From the IMG/VR virus record IMGVR_UViG_3300017754_002477, positions 1-39,312 of that record: DNA of 39,312 bases; one strand, written 5' to 3'. Within the stretch, counting starts at the first letter, position 1; each line of letters begins with the position of its first letter. Below are positions 1-7,587 of this stretch, in pieces. Made by a program: the position numbers and the translations under genes. Source of the DNA: a virus (lineage: Duplodnaviria; Caudoviricetes). The notes under the pieces were generated by a model, which worked only from the letters and a program-made list of their open reading frames with translations, did no database searches and was not told where the DNA came from.

Positions 1-123
1 AGCGGCACGGGTGCGCGGCCCCCATGCTCCGTCTACCGGGCCGGGATCAAAGCCCATGGACACCAGCCGCGCCTGCATAGCGCGCACATCATAGGTCATG
101 TCGGTTCCTGTTGATTGTGGGGG
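1..123. repeat. Terminal direct repeat copy 1 (123 bp), assembly overlap of a circular genome
   Basis: Identical to 39190-39312; it contains the first 33 codons of the endolysin (ATG at 99, minus strand). Confidence 0.95.
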
Positions 124-159
124 ATGGCAAAAAAGCGGCTGCAATGTGCCATTTGGCAC

Positions 160-1191
160 CTACGCAGCCCGTAGGTTCTGCAACCCGTTCAAGTAGGCTT
201 CAGCCTGTTCCGCCGACTTGAAGGCGGTAAGTAGGTTCTCGTCAAAGTCCGCCAGAGGATCGGCGATGATCCAATGCGCCCGCCCGCGCAGCTTGGGAAT
301 GACGCCGCCCCGGCTGATCCGCGCCGCGTATCGGTCAACGATCTTGTAACCCGCCGATGCCACACAGAGCGCCGCGTGGCCCCGTTCTGGCAACGTGTGG
401 TCAAGAACGCCGTCGCAATGGATATGCCCGTCCATCAGCAAGTCGGCTTCCTCGCCTTCAAGCATTTCGCGGATATGCCCATGCGCCTTGTGAAACCAGG
501 ACGATCCCTTTTGAAACTTGTGGGACATGGTGACGCGAATGGGTCTGCCATCTGGCGTCTCGACCCGGAAACGTGCCGTCCAATAATCGCGGATCACGTT
601 GGCAGGCAGAACCTCCGCTATCAGTTGGTCCAGATACGGGTTCATTTCCTCATGGTTGCCGTCCGTCCATACGTCAGGCCGGAATATCTTGATGAAGTGC
701 TTGAGCCGCAGAAGTGCGTCGGGGGCGGTGCATTGCTGTTGCGCCCATTGCGCCGCCAATTTGCCCGCCATGGGCCAGTTGTTCAGCGCGTCCCCGCCAT
801 GGCACATGATTGCGCCCATGCCGTGTGCGGCCCGAATATCGGCCTCTATAAGCCTGAGAGGCGTCTTGTCATCGTCAAGATGCTCGTCGGTCGAATGGAA
901 GATGCAGAACGGACCACGCGGGCGATTGATGACGGGCCAGCGGTTCTTGATGGTCTTAGACACCGACCGTTCAAAAGCGTCCGCGTGGCCGTCCCATGCC
1001 TCTGCCGGGGTGCGTTCGCCCCGGTCTAAGTTGTAAGCCGCTGTCAGTTTGACGGGCTTGTCGCCGTTGCGTCTGGCTGTCCGCAGCCGTTCTTGCAGCG
1101 ATGACTTATGGATGCCTAAAGCCGCCGCTGCCTTCTTGATGGACCCGTATTGCTCAAGGGCATCAAGCGCCTCTTGCTGCCGGGGCGTCAT
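160..1191 (-). CDS. N-terminal HTH + calcineurin-like metallophosphoesterase
   Basis: Motifs DEH, GDALNN, GNHE, SHK, GHIH; N-terminal HTH-like 'GSIKKAAAALGIHKSSLQERL'; start moved to ATG 1191, which overlaps the upstream stop (ATGA). Confidence 0.8.
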   Translation of the reverse strand: MTPRQQEALDALEQYGSIKKAAAALGIHKSSLQERLRTARRNGDKPVKLTAAYNLDRGERTPAEAWDGHADAFERSVSKTIKNRWPVINRPRGPFCIFHSTDEHLDDDKTPLRLIEADIRAAHGMGAIMCHGGDALNNWPMAGKLAAQWAQQQCTAPDALLRLKHFIKIFRPDVWTDGNHEEMNPYLDQLIAEVLPANVIRDYWTARFRVETPDGRPIRVTMSHKFQKGSSWFHKAHGHIREMLEGEEADLLMDGHIHCDGVLDHTLPERGHAALCVASAGYKIVDRYAARISRGGVIPKLRGRAHWIIADPLADFDENLLTAFKSAEQAEAYLNGLQNLRAA

Positions 1192-1472
1192 CCGTCTACG
1201 CCCGGCTGTTCCCCGATGTATTCGTATTCTGTCCCCGCCGCTGCGATACACGCCTGCATGTCGGGGGTTGTCAGGACAGCGGTCCAAGATCCTGAAACCG
1301 GGTTGGCGAATACCTCAATCAGAAAGTTGTTGTGGTCCAGCGCCTGCGACACGCGAACCTCGCCATAGACGCGGGCCAGCGCCGCAATCATGTCATCTCG
1401 GGGGGCGCATTGTTGGGCAACAGCAGGCACGGCAAAGACTACCGCCAGAGCGGCTAGGGTTGACTTGATCAT
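1188..1472 (-). CDS. Small exported protein with signal peptide and two Cys
   Basis: MIKSTLAALAVVFAVPAVA-QQC signal with AxA site; CAPR..YGE..GSWT..C pattern; GGAG upstream. Confidence 0.75.
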   Translation of the reverse strand: MIKSTLAALAVVFAVPAVAQQCAPRDDMIAALARVYGEVRVSQALDHNNFLIEVFANPVSGSWTAVLTTPDMQACIAAAGTEYEYIGEQPGVDG

Positions 1473-1505
1473 GGGGAATACTCCGTTGGCGCAGAGTGGA
1501 AGTTA

Positions 1506-1715
1506 TCAGCCGGGGTTCATCCCCGCCGTGATACGCTCATGGTCGTCCTTGGCATTTTCGGCCATCATCGCCAGTGTCTCGCGCAGGTAGTAATAGGCCC
1601 GCACGAATGGCAATTCTTCCTCGTCATGGATAAGCCGATGACGGGTCACGCCCGACATGGCCCGGTCAATGATGGTGTCAGCAATCCGCAGATTTTCGAT
1701 TTGATCCGGTGTCAT
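1506..1715 (-). CDS. Hypothetical protein
   Basis: 69-aa ORF in operon direction, ATGA-coupled to upstream ORF. Confidence 0.65.
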   Translation of the reverse strand: MTPDQIENLRIADTIIDRAMSGVTRHRLIHDEEELPFVRAYYYLRETLAMMAENAKDDHERITAGMNPG

Positions 1716-1840
1716 CGTGGCAGCATCCTTGCAAGCGCCTCAATCAGACCCGGAAACTGCGCAACCGGGATGAACGCCACAGGCTTGCCATCGTTGTAGA
1801 TATGCAGGCCGTCAGTCGTGGCCCATGTCGTGATATTCAT
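1712..1840 (-). CDS. Small hypothetical protein (42 aa, MNITTWATTDGLHIYNDGKPVAF...)
   Basis: Translated by hand; fills the gap exactly with ATGA overlaps at both ends; GGAG upstream. Confidence 0.65.
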   Translation of the reverse strand: MNITTWATTDGLHIYNDGKPVAFIPVAQFPGLIEALARMLPR

Positions 1841-2007
1841 TGCCGCTCCAGATGCCAGAAAAACGACCGCCTACAGTGACGCAGGCCAAACACCCTCACC
1901 CATAGCGCCCAAAAAGGATGGGCGTCCTTGAGCGCGTAGGCGCGCCCGCAGAGGGATGTGCTGCTATCCCTGTAGATTAGGAAGTGAAGCCATGCCGAGA
2001 GGGTCAC
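1837..2007 (-). CDS. Small cationic/aromatic protein (56 aa)
   Basis: GTG start overlapping the upstream stop (GTGA); Arg/His/Trp-rich with two Cys. Confidence 0.6.
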   Translation of the reverse strand: MTLSAWLHFLIYRDSSTSLCGRAYALKDAHPFWALWVRVFGLRHCRRSFFWHLERQ

Positions 2008-2333
2008 GGCTGCGTCCACGTGATGCCGAGCCATTTCAGCGTCCCGGTAATCGCCGCGCCGAAAATGGCAATCAGCCCGAGCGCGCCCATTGCCATGAAC
2101 CGCCAGGACTTGACCATATCGGCGACGGGTTCAACCTTGCTCATCCGCGCATCCATAGACTTGGCCGCATCTGTAAGCGCCCGCAGTTCCGCCTGCATGG
2201 CCTCGCGTGTGGCGCGTGTCTCTTTCCGTTCCTCGTCGCGTTCGGCGCGGTCCTCGCGCATCCGACCGTCAATCCCCTCGACAAGGGTCATCAAGGTTGC
2301 GATCTGCGCGGTCGTGGTCGATGTGTTTACCAT
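2004..2333 (-). CDS. Coiled-coil protein with C-terminal TM helix (holin-like / lysis-associated)
   Basis: Charged helical N-terminus, hydrophobic 'FMAMGALGLIAIFGAAITGTL'; first full gene after the receptor-binding genes. Confidence 0.65.
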   Translation of the reverse strand: MVNTSTTTAQIATLMTLVEGIDGRMREDRAERDEERKETRATREAMQAELRALTDAAKSMDARMSKVEPVADMVKSWRFMAMGALGLIAIFGAAITGTLKWLGITWTQP

Positions 2334-2334
2334 G

Positions 2335-2418
2335 TCAGCACACCGCCAAAATGTGGCAAGGTATGGTTTCCCCTACTTGCAGATTCACGCGGTCGTTACC
2401 TTGTAGTGCTTCAGCCAT
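2335..2418 (-). CDS. Putative 27-aa leader peptide (MAEALQGNDRVNLQVGETIPCHILAVC)
   Basis: AAAGGA SD upstream; its TGA lies 1 nt before the ATG of 2004-2333. Confidence 0.5.
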   Translation of the reverse strand: MAEALQGNDRVNLQVGETIPCHILAVC

Positions 2419-2482
2419 GCTGCATGTCCTTTCATGCGGAGATGGTTAGGTCCCGGCCTTCGTTGGCGCGTTGGTCGGGGCC
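2411..2482 (+). ncRNA. Putative cis-antisense RNA, two stem-loops with exposed anti-SD loop
   Basis: AGCCAU/AUGGUU stem enclosing GCAUG-UCCUUU-CAUGC; second stem 2449-2458/2473-2482; three G-U pairs work only on the + strand. Confidence 0.5.
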
Positions 2483-2489
2483 GTCAGGT

Positions 2490-3947
2490 TTAATCGAAGT
2501 CAGCCACGGCAAGCGCCGCCAAGCCCTCATACCCCGCTTGGGATAGATGGATTTGTTCCGACACGGGCACGGCATACCAGCTATTTGTCAGCATCGTTGC
2601 CTCGTCGGTCAGGCTGGCAAGGTTGATGATTTGCGCGTGGTCAAGGCTGGACGCATAGGTTGCCAAAGCAGACCGATAGGCGACCAGTTCAGTATCATCC
2701 GGCTCGTCAATCGGGTGCGACGGCATGAACAGCCAGAACAGTTCCGTTTGGTCCCATCCGTTCAGCGTCCAGATTGCTTGAATGCGTTGAACAATGGCCG
2801 TGTGGTTGTCAACGAAAGCCTCGGGGCTGTCACCATCCGCAACCGCCGCAGGCCCGACAGATGCCAGCGTTTCGTTACGGTCGTTCAAGCCCTCATTGAT
2901 GACGATCACAATCGTCTTGAGTGCTTGGTCCTGATCCTCGCGCAAAATGCCGAAGAAGTGGGTCAGCGTTTCATCGCTGGCCTCTTGCAAGTCATAGGCT
3001 GCGGTGCGTGTGGATTGCCCGCCGCGATAGTTCAGCGTGCTATAGGAAAAGCCTGTTGTCCGGTCAGGCTGGCGCACCCGCATGAACGTGCCGAAGTAAG
3101 GCCCGGTTGCGGCATTGGCGGCAAGGAATTGAATGCGCCAGCCCGCACGCCCCGCGTTTGCAGTGGCCGAAACCGTTGAGCGGTTCATGCCGAAAGCGCC
3201 CGTGTTGGTGCTAATGGACGGCGGGTTCACGATTTCAGTGAAAGGCGCTTCGCCGCGCCGCAGATACCGAGAGAATGACCCGACCCCGGTTGTGAATGAC
3301 CCCCACCAGTGGTCAAAATCAAGTGCCGCCGTTTCGTCAATCGAACCGCCCGGTTGCAGCATCAGCCCGTTGTTGACCGCTGAAATGCTGCTACCGCTGG
3401 CGACATAGGAATAATAGAAAGACGGGAACAACGTGCCCGCGCCCCGGTCCATGTATTTCTCAAGATCAGCGGGCGCGCCAGTCGTGGCACCCGTCAATCC
3501 GCTGCCCCCCGGCCCGTTCCGGCCATACTCATACCCAAGGCTGGAGCCTGTGCCGTTTGCCTCATTGTTGACAATCAGGCCCGTTGCAAACATTTGGTAG
3601 CCCGCGTCGATCAGGGCCTTTTGGAATCCATGGTCCCAACCGTGCCCGCTGTAAACCTGATTGCTGTCACCGATGCCGACAAAATCAACCCGACCATGCG
3701 TCATGCGGAATTTGATTTCGGTCGGGTCGTTGAGCCAGTTCAGCTTTGACCGGAAAGATGATGCAATCTCACCTTCAGCGATATCATAGGCCGCAGGCGC
3801 AAGCGTGTTGATCGCGTTTTGAGCATCACCCCAAGTTGAGTAAGCGGCGGTTGAACCGGAGCCGTTGTAATACTCAAGGATTTCCACAACGCGGGATTTG
3901 ACCGTTGCCTTTACTTCGTTCCCTGCAAAATCAGTTGTAATGGTCAT
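2490..3947 (-). CDS. SGNH/GDSL esterase-domain virion protein (putative spike/deacetylase)
   Basis: Block I GIGDSN, block III EGLND, block V EQIHL; TAATG-coupled to the upstream ORF. Confidence 0.75.
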   Translation of the reverse strand: MTITTDFAGNEVKATVKSRVVEILEYYNGSGSTAAYSTWGDAQNAINTLAPAAYDIAEGEIASSFRSKLNWLNDPTEIKFRMTHGRVDFVGIGDSNQVYSGHGWDHGFQKALIDAGYQMFATGLIVNNEANGTGSSLGYEYGRNGPGGSGLTGATTGAPADLEKYMDRGAGTLFPSFYYSYVASGSSISAVNNGLMLQPGGSIDETAALDFDHWWGSFTTGVGSFSRYLRRGEAPFTEIVNPPSISTNTGAFGMNRSTVSATANAGRAGWRIQFLAANAATGPYFGTFMRVRQPDRTTGFSYSTLNYRGGQSTRTAAYDLQEASDETLTHFFGILREDQDQALKTIVIVINEGLNDRNETLASVGPAAVADGDSPEAFVDNHTAIVQRIQAIWTLNGWDQTELFWLFMPSHPIDEPDDTELVAYRSALATYASSLDHAQIINLASLTDEATMLTNSWYAVPVSEQIHLSQAGYEGLAALAVADFD

Positions 3948-4153
3948 TACCAAGCCTCCGCGTTAATCCAGTAGCCGCCCCGGTGCCAATAGCCACGCTC
4001 AAGGAACCATTCGTCATTCCAAAGCGCGCCATTGCGCCAAAGCCCGTCCTCGTCCCATGTGCCTGAAACAAGGAACCAGTCATTGAAATAAGCGTCATCC
4101 GCGCCCTTCCCGCTTTGGCGGTTGACGCCAAGGCCAAGCCCAATGTGCATCAC
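3947..4153 (-). CDS. 68-aa protein with IGLGLG N-terminus and tandem Trp repeats (putative spike adaptor)
   Basis: MMHIGLGLGV start; two ~22-aa repeats with four Trp each; coupled to both neighbours. Confidence 0.7.
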   Translation of the reverse strand: MMHIGLGLGVNRQSGKGADDAYFNDWFLVSGTWDEDGLWRNGALWNDEWFLERGYWHRGGYWINAEAW

Positions 4154-5220
4154 GCATTCTCCAACGCTTCAACGCGGTAGATCAGATCGGCAACCGCAGC
4201 GACCAGATGCTTGACCAGCTTTGCGTCATCGCGGCCTTGCATGTCCGCGCCGTCCTTTTCGCCCGTGACTGCCTCGGGCGTAACGGCTTGCAACTCATGC
4301 GCAAACCAGCCGAGTTCCTGCTTGCCGTCAGCCTTCCACGCATAGAACCGCAGAAGCGCCGAGAGTTCCTTGACCGTCGCAATCGGGTCATATTCACCCT
4401 GCCAAGGCAGAGCGTCCTTGAGACGGTAATCCGACGAAGTGTTGTAAGCTGTCGTCAGCCCGGACACGCTGATAGTGCCAGCCGCAGAGCCGGAATTGCC
4501 AAAGCGGACAATGTTTCCGTCCGTGTTGACGTTGAACCCCGCCGCGTAGGTGTCCGCCGCCGATGCGTGCAAGCGACCTTCAGGCGTCAAGGCGTGGCCC
4601 GTGGTTGTCGACCCGACACCGGGGTTTGTCAGTGTCGATTGTGCAATCAACAGCGACCCGCCGTTATTGAACCGCGCCCGCTCGACACCGCCCGTCAGGA
4701 ACAGCAAGCGGTCACTTTCAAGAAAGCTGATGCCCGTGTCTGTGTCGCCAGAACCCGCAATGCTTGGGGCCGTGGTGGTGCCTGCCTGCGCATGAACTGG
4801 CACAGCCATGGTAAGTGCAACCGACGAAACCGTTGCACGCATAACGCCCGCCGTTGCCATGCCCATCACGTTTGACGTGCTGTTATACAGCCCCATGTCT
4901 GTCTGTGACGAGAACGTCAGGCCAGGGGTTGCCGCTGAACCGTTCGGGCCGCGTAGCGCAGTCACGCCCGTAATCGTGCCGCCCGTAATGGCAACCGCAG
5001 ACGCCGCTTGCGTGGCCATAGTATCAAGCCCGAGCGCCGTTCGTGCCGCCGATGCCGTGCTAGCGCCCGTCCCGCCCGCAACAATCGGGCGGACTTCGTT
5101 CATGTCCGATTCTAAGTCTTGCAGTGGCCCGTTATGCTGACTGGCCAGGATATCGTCCACGCCATCAGTAACGATAGAGCCTGCAGGCAATGAATAGACG
5201 CCAGAGCCATTTCGGGGCAT
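4150..5220 (-). CDS. Tail fibre with C-terminal peptidase S74 intramolecular chaperone
   Basis: MPRNGSGVYSLP N-terminus, GGTGA fibre motif, 'SSDYRLKD' cleavage motif, 'GWFAHELQAVTPEAV', terminal coiled coil. Confidence 0.85.
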   Translation of the reverse strand: MPRNGSGVYSLPAGSIVTDGVDDILASQHNGPLQDLESDMNEVRPIVAGGTGASTASAARTALGLDTMATQAASAVAITGGTITGVTALRGPNGSAATPGLTFSSQTDMGLYNSTSNVMGMATAGVMRATVSSVALTMAVPVHAQAGTTTAPSIAGSGDTDTGISFLESDRLLFLTGGVERARFNNGGSLLIAQSTLTNPGVGSTTTGHALTPEGRLHASAADTYAAGFNVNTDGNIVRFGNSGSAAGTISVSGLTTAYNTSSDYRLKDALPWQGEYDPIATVKELSALLRFYAWKADGKQELGWFAHELQAVTPEAVTGEKDGADMQGRDDAKLVKHLVAAVADLIYRVEALENA

Positions 5221-5247
5221 GGGCTGTTCCTTAAATCTTGTGATGTG

Positions 5248-5276
5248 TTGACAGAGCGCAGCCGCGCCCCCAACTT
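5248..5276 (+). promoter_or_regulatory. Putative sigma70 promoter for counter-oriented membrane gene
   Basis: TTGACA-N17-CAACTT; the ATG at 5283 sits at the expected +1. Confidence 0.5.
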
Positions 5277-5282
5277 GGGGGG

Positions 5283-5483
5283 ATGGAAGCCACGTATTTT
5301 TTTCAGATCATCGGGGCCGTGATCGGCGGGAACATTTTGACGGGGTTCCTCGCCTATATGCTTTGGCGAGCGAAGAGAGACGAAGACGCCGGGGGTGGGG
5401 GATGGGGCTTGCCCGCCAGCGTCTATTTCCTCGGGGCGGTGCCGCTTCTTTGGCTAGCGTGGGCCGCTTGGTTCACTGGCTAG
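5283..5483 (+). CDS. Small 2-TM membrane protein (moron, possible superinfection exclusion)
   Basis: Two hydrophobic helices; opposite strand, between last ejection gene and tail fibre. Confidence 0.75.
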   Translation: MEATYFFQIIGAVIGGNILTGFLAYMLWRAKRDEDAGGGGWGLPASVYFLGAVPLLWLAWAAWFTG

Positions 5484-7587
5484 GCAGTAAAGCCTGATAG
5501 CCCATTTGCCGCAGTAGAGCCTCGCCTGACCGATTGCCGATCTGGGATTGCATCGCGGCTTGCAGAAGCGGGGCAAGTTCGGCTTGCGGGTCGGCGGACA
5601 TGAGAACACGCGCAATCATCTGGCGGGTCTGCTCATTGGTGCCGTTGATGAAATTTCCGGCTTTTGTGCCGAGCGCCTGAATGATTGCCTGACGCGGGTT
5701 CATGGCCATTTGCGCAAGGTTCGGCGATGTGTCACCCACATCGGCGATGTCCTGCAACAGATTGGCCGTGGGTGATCCGCCTGTTGCCATGCTCCGCGTG
5801 TCAAACATCTGCCGTTCGCGGGCGATGCGACGGGCCAGCAATTCCGGGTCATCCGAAATGGCGTTCAACATTTCCTGCGTCTTTGGCGTCGTGAATTGCC
5901 GAGAAACGTCAGTGCCGGGCGGTGCGCTTTCAAGGCGGGCCAAGAGCGGATCGACATAGCCCACGCGAAAACCGTCTTGCGGGTTAGGCGTCGACATGCC
6001 GCCTGCGGGCAGGTTGTTGGGGTTGGCTGTCTGTTGCGGGGCGAGGCTGTTGAAAACGTCCAAGGCGTCTTGCGTGCGCACTTGGGCGCGAGACGCATCC
6101 CGGCCTTGGTCAACTGCGTCAATCACTTGGGATTGCTGGCGATAGGTGTCCCGCGCGCCGCTATAGGGCGGGCTGGCTTCTGCCAAGGCATCGTCAAGCG
6201 TGTTGCGCAGCGTCGTAAGCATCTGGACTTGGAAGCCGTCACCAGCACGGGTAGCCGCACCGATAGCCCCGTCCAGTTCCTTTTTGACCTCAAACACGCG
6301 GCTGAAGTCGGACAGTTCCATGCTGTTCGTGCCTTGAGGCAGGCGCGAGGAAGGCACAGCAAGGCGGGCGCGAAATTGCTGCAGCGTCCGGTCAATTGGC
6401 GACATGTCGACAGTAGCGCCCATTCCCGGTGCGCTGATCTGGCCCAAACGGTCATCAATGATTGAAAGCGCGCCGCGCACGTCGACAGGCTGCGCTTCCA
6501 TGCGCGCATCGCCATAGTTTGCGGAAGCGTCAGCCCTGCGTTCCGCTTGAAGCTGCAACTGGCGCGCGTTTGCGGTCTGGGGCGTGTCGATTGCATCGGC
6601 GACAAAGCTGCTGACACGCTCATTCTGCCCCATCTGGCGGCTGTTGAGCCATTCCGTGATTTCCCGCGACCCATCACCGGGCGACCGCGCTACACCTGCC
6701 AACATGCGTTGACCGGGGTTGCCAAGAGCATCAGCCGTGCGGAACACGTCCTGCCCTTCCATAGCCGCCTGATACAGCGCCTGCTGTGTTTCTGGCAGTG
6801 TCTGCCCAGAACGCTGGAAAGCCCGCGACACGACACGCCCTGCACGGGCAGGGTTGCCCACGCCGCGAATTGCCCCCATCACGCCGCCTAGCGGGTCTGT
6901 GACGGCACGCTGCACGGCAGCGACTGCCGGGACGGCAGCCATGCCCAATGGGCCGCCTACCAAAGCCCCCAGCGCAGCGTCGGTGGCTACATCCCCCATC
7001 GTCTCGCCGTCGCCCGTGCCCGCGCCCAAAACCGCGCCTTCGGTTGCCCCGAAAAGGCCAAGCGACCGCATGACTTCCCGCATCCCGGCAGTCGGCGGAA
7101 CCTTTGGCGCAAAGGGAACGGACGAGATGACGCCGCCGATGGCATTGCCAACGCCAAACGCGAGCGGGCTTTCATCTTGGTAGGCATCCATGCGGGCGCG
7201 GTCTTGGTCGCGCATCCCGGCATAACGTTCGCCTGTCGGCTGGTCATAGTTGAGCAGGTCAACACCAGTAGCACCGTCAGGCGTGCCCCCGAGCAGCCCA
7301 CCGATCACGGCTGCGTCAACGTTCTCCATGAACCCGCCGCCAGTCCAATCCCGCGCCCCTGCAGCCATGGCGGCAATATCGCCGTCCAATTCGCCAAGGT
7401 TCTGGACCAGTTCGCGGGCGGCTTGCGGGTTGACGTTGACGCCGCCGGGGGCATCCTGCGACGGCGGTAAAGTCTGTTGCGCGGCCGCCCCGCCGAAACG
7501 ATTAGTGATGGCTTCGCGCATCACGTCCGGCGGCGTGCCGTTGGGAAACTCCAGCTTTGTGCCGTCAGGCAGGTTGACCGTAATCAT
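5473..7587 (-). CDS. Large DNA ejection/internal virion protein
   Basis: 704 aa, Ala/Gly/Gln-rich, glycine-zipper hydrophobic segment; last of the genes after the nozzle. Confidence 0.7.
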   Translation of the reverse strand: MITVNLPDGTKLEFPNGTPPDVMREAITNRFGGAAAQQTLPPSQDAPGGVNVNPQAARELVQNLGELDGDIAAMAAGARDWTGGGFMENVDAAVIGGLLGGTPDGATGVDLLNYDQPTGERYAGMRDQDRARMDAYQDESPLAFGVGNAIGGVISSVPFAPKVPPTAGMREVMRSLGLFGATEGAVLGAGTGDGETMGDVATDAALGALVGGPLGMAAVPAVAAVQRAVTDPLGGVMGAIRGVGNPARAGRVVSRAFQRSGQTLPETQQALYQAAMEGQDVFRTADALGNPGQRMLAGVARSPGDGSREITEWLNSRQMGQNERVSSFVADAIDTPQTANARQLQLQAERRADASANYGDARMEAQPVDVRGALSIIDDRLGQISAPGMGATVDMSPIDRTLQQFRARLAVPSSRLPQGTNSMELSDFSRVFEVKKELDGAIGAATRAGDGFQVQMLTTLRNTLDDALAEASPPYSGARDTYRQQSQVIDAVDQGRDASRAQVRTQDALDVFNSLAPQQTANPNNLPAGGMSTPNPQDGFRVGYVDPLLARLESAPPGTDVSRQFTTPKTQEMLNAISDDPELLARRIARERQMFDTRSMATGGSPTANLLQDIADVGDTSPNLAQMAMNPRQAIIQALGTKAGNFINGTNEQTRQMIARVLMSADPQAELAPLLQAAMQSQIGNRSGEALLRQMGYQALLPSQ

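Noticed and set aside
3940-3960. Programmed frameshift fusing the 68-aa ORF to the esterase
   Set aside because: No slippery heptamer at the junction; the TAATG overlap is ordinary translational coupling.
2490-5220. Diversity-generating retroelement or invertible fibre cassette
   Set aside because: No reverse transcriptase, invertase or template/variable repeat pair seen.
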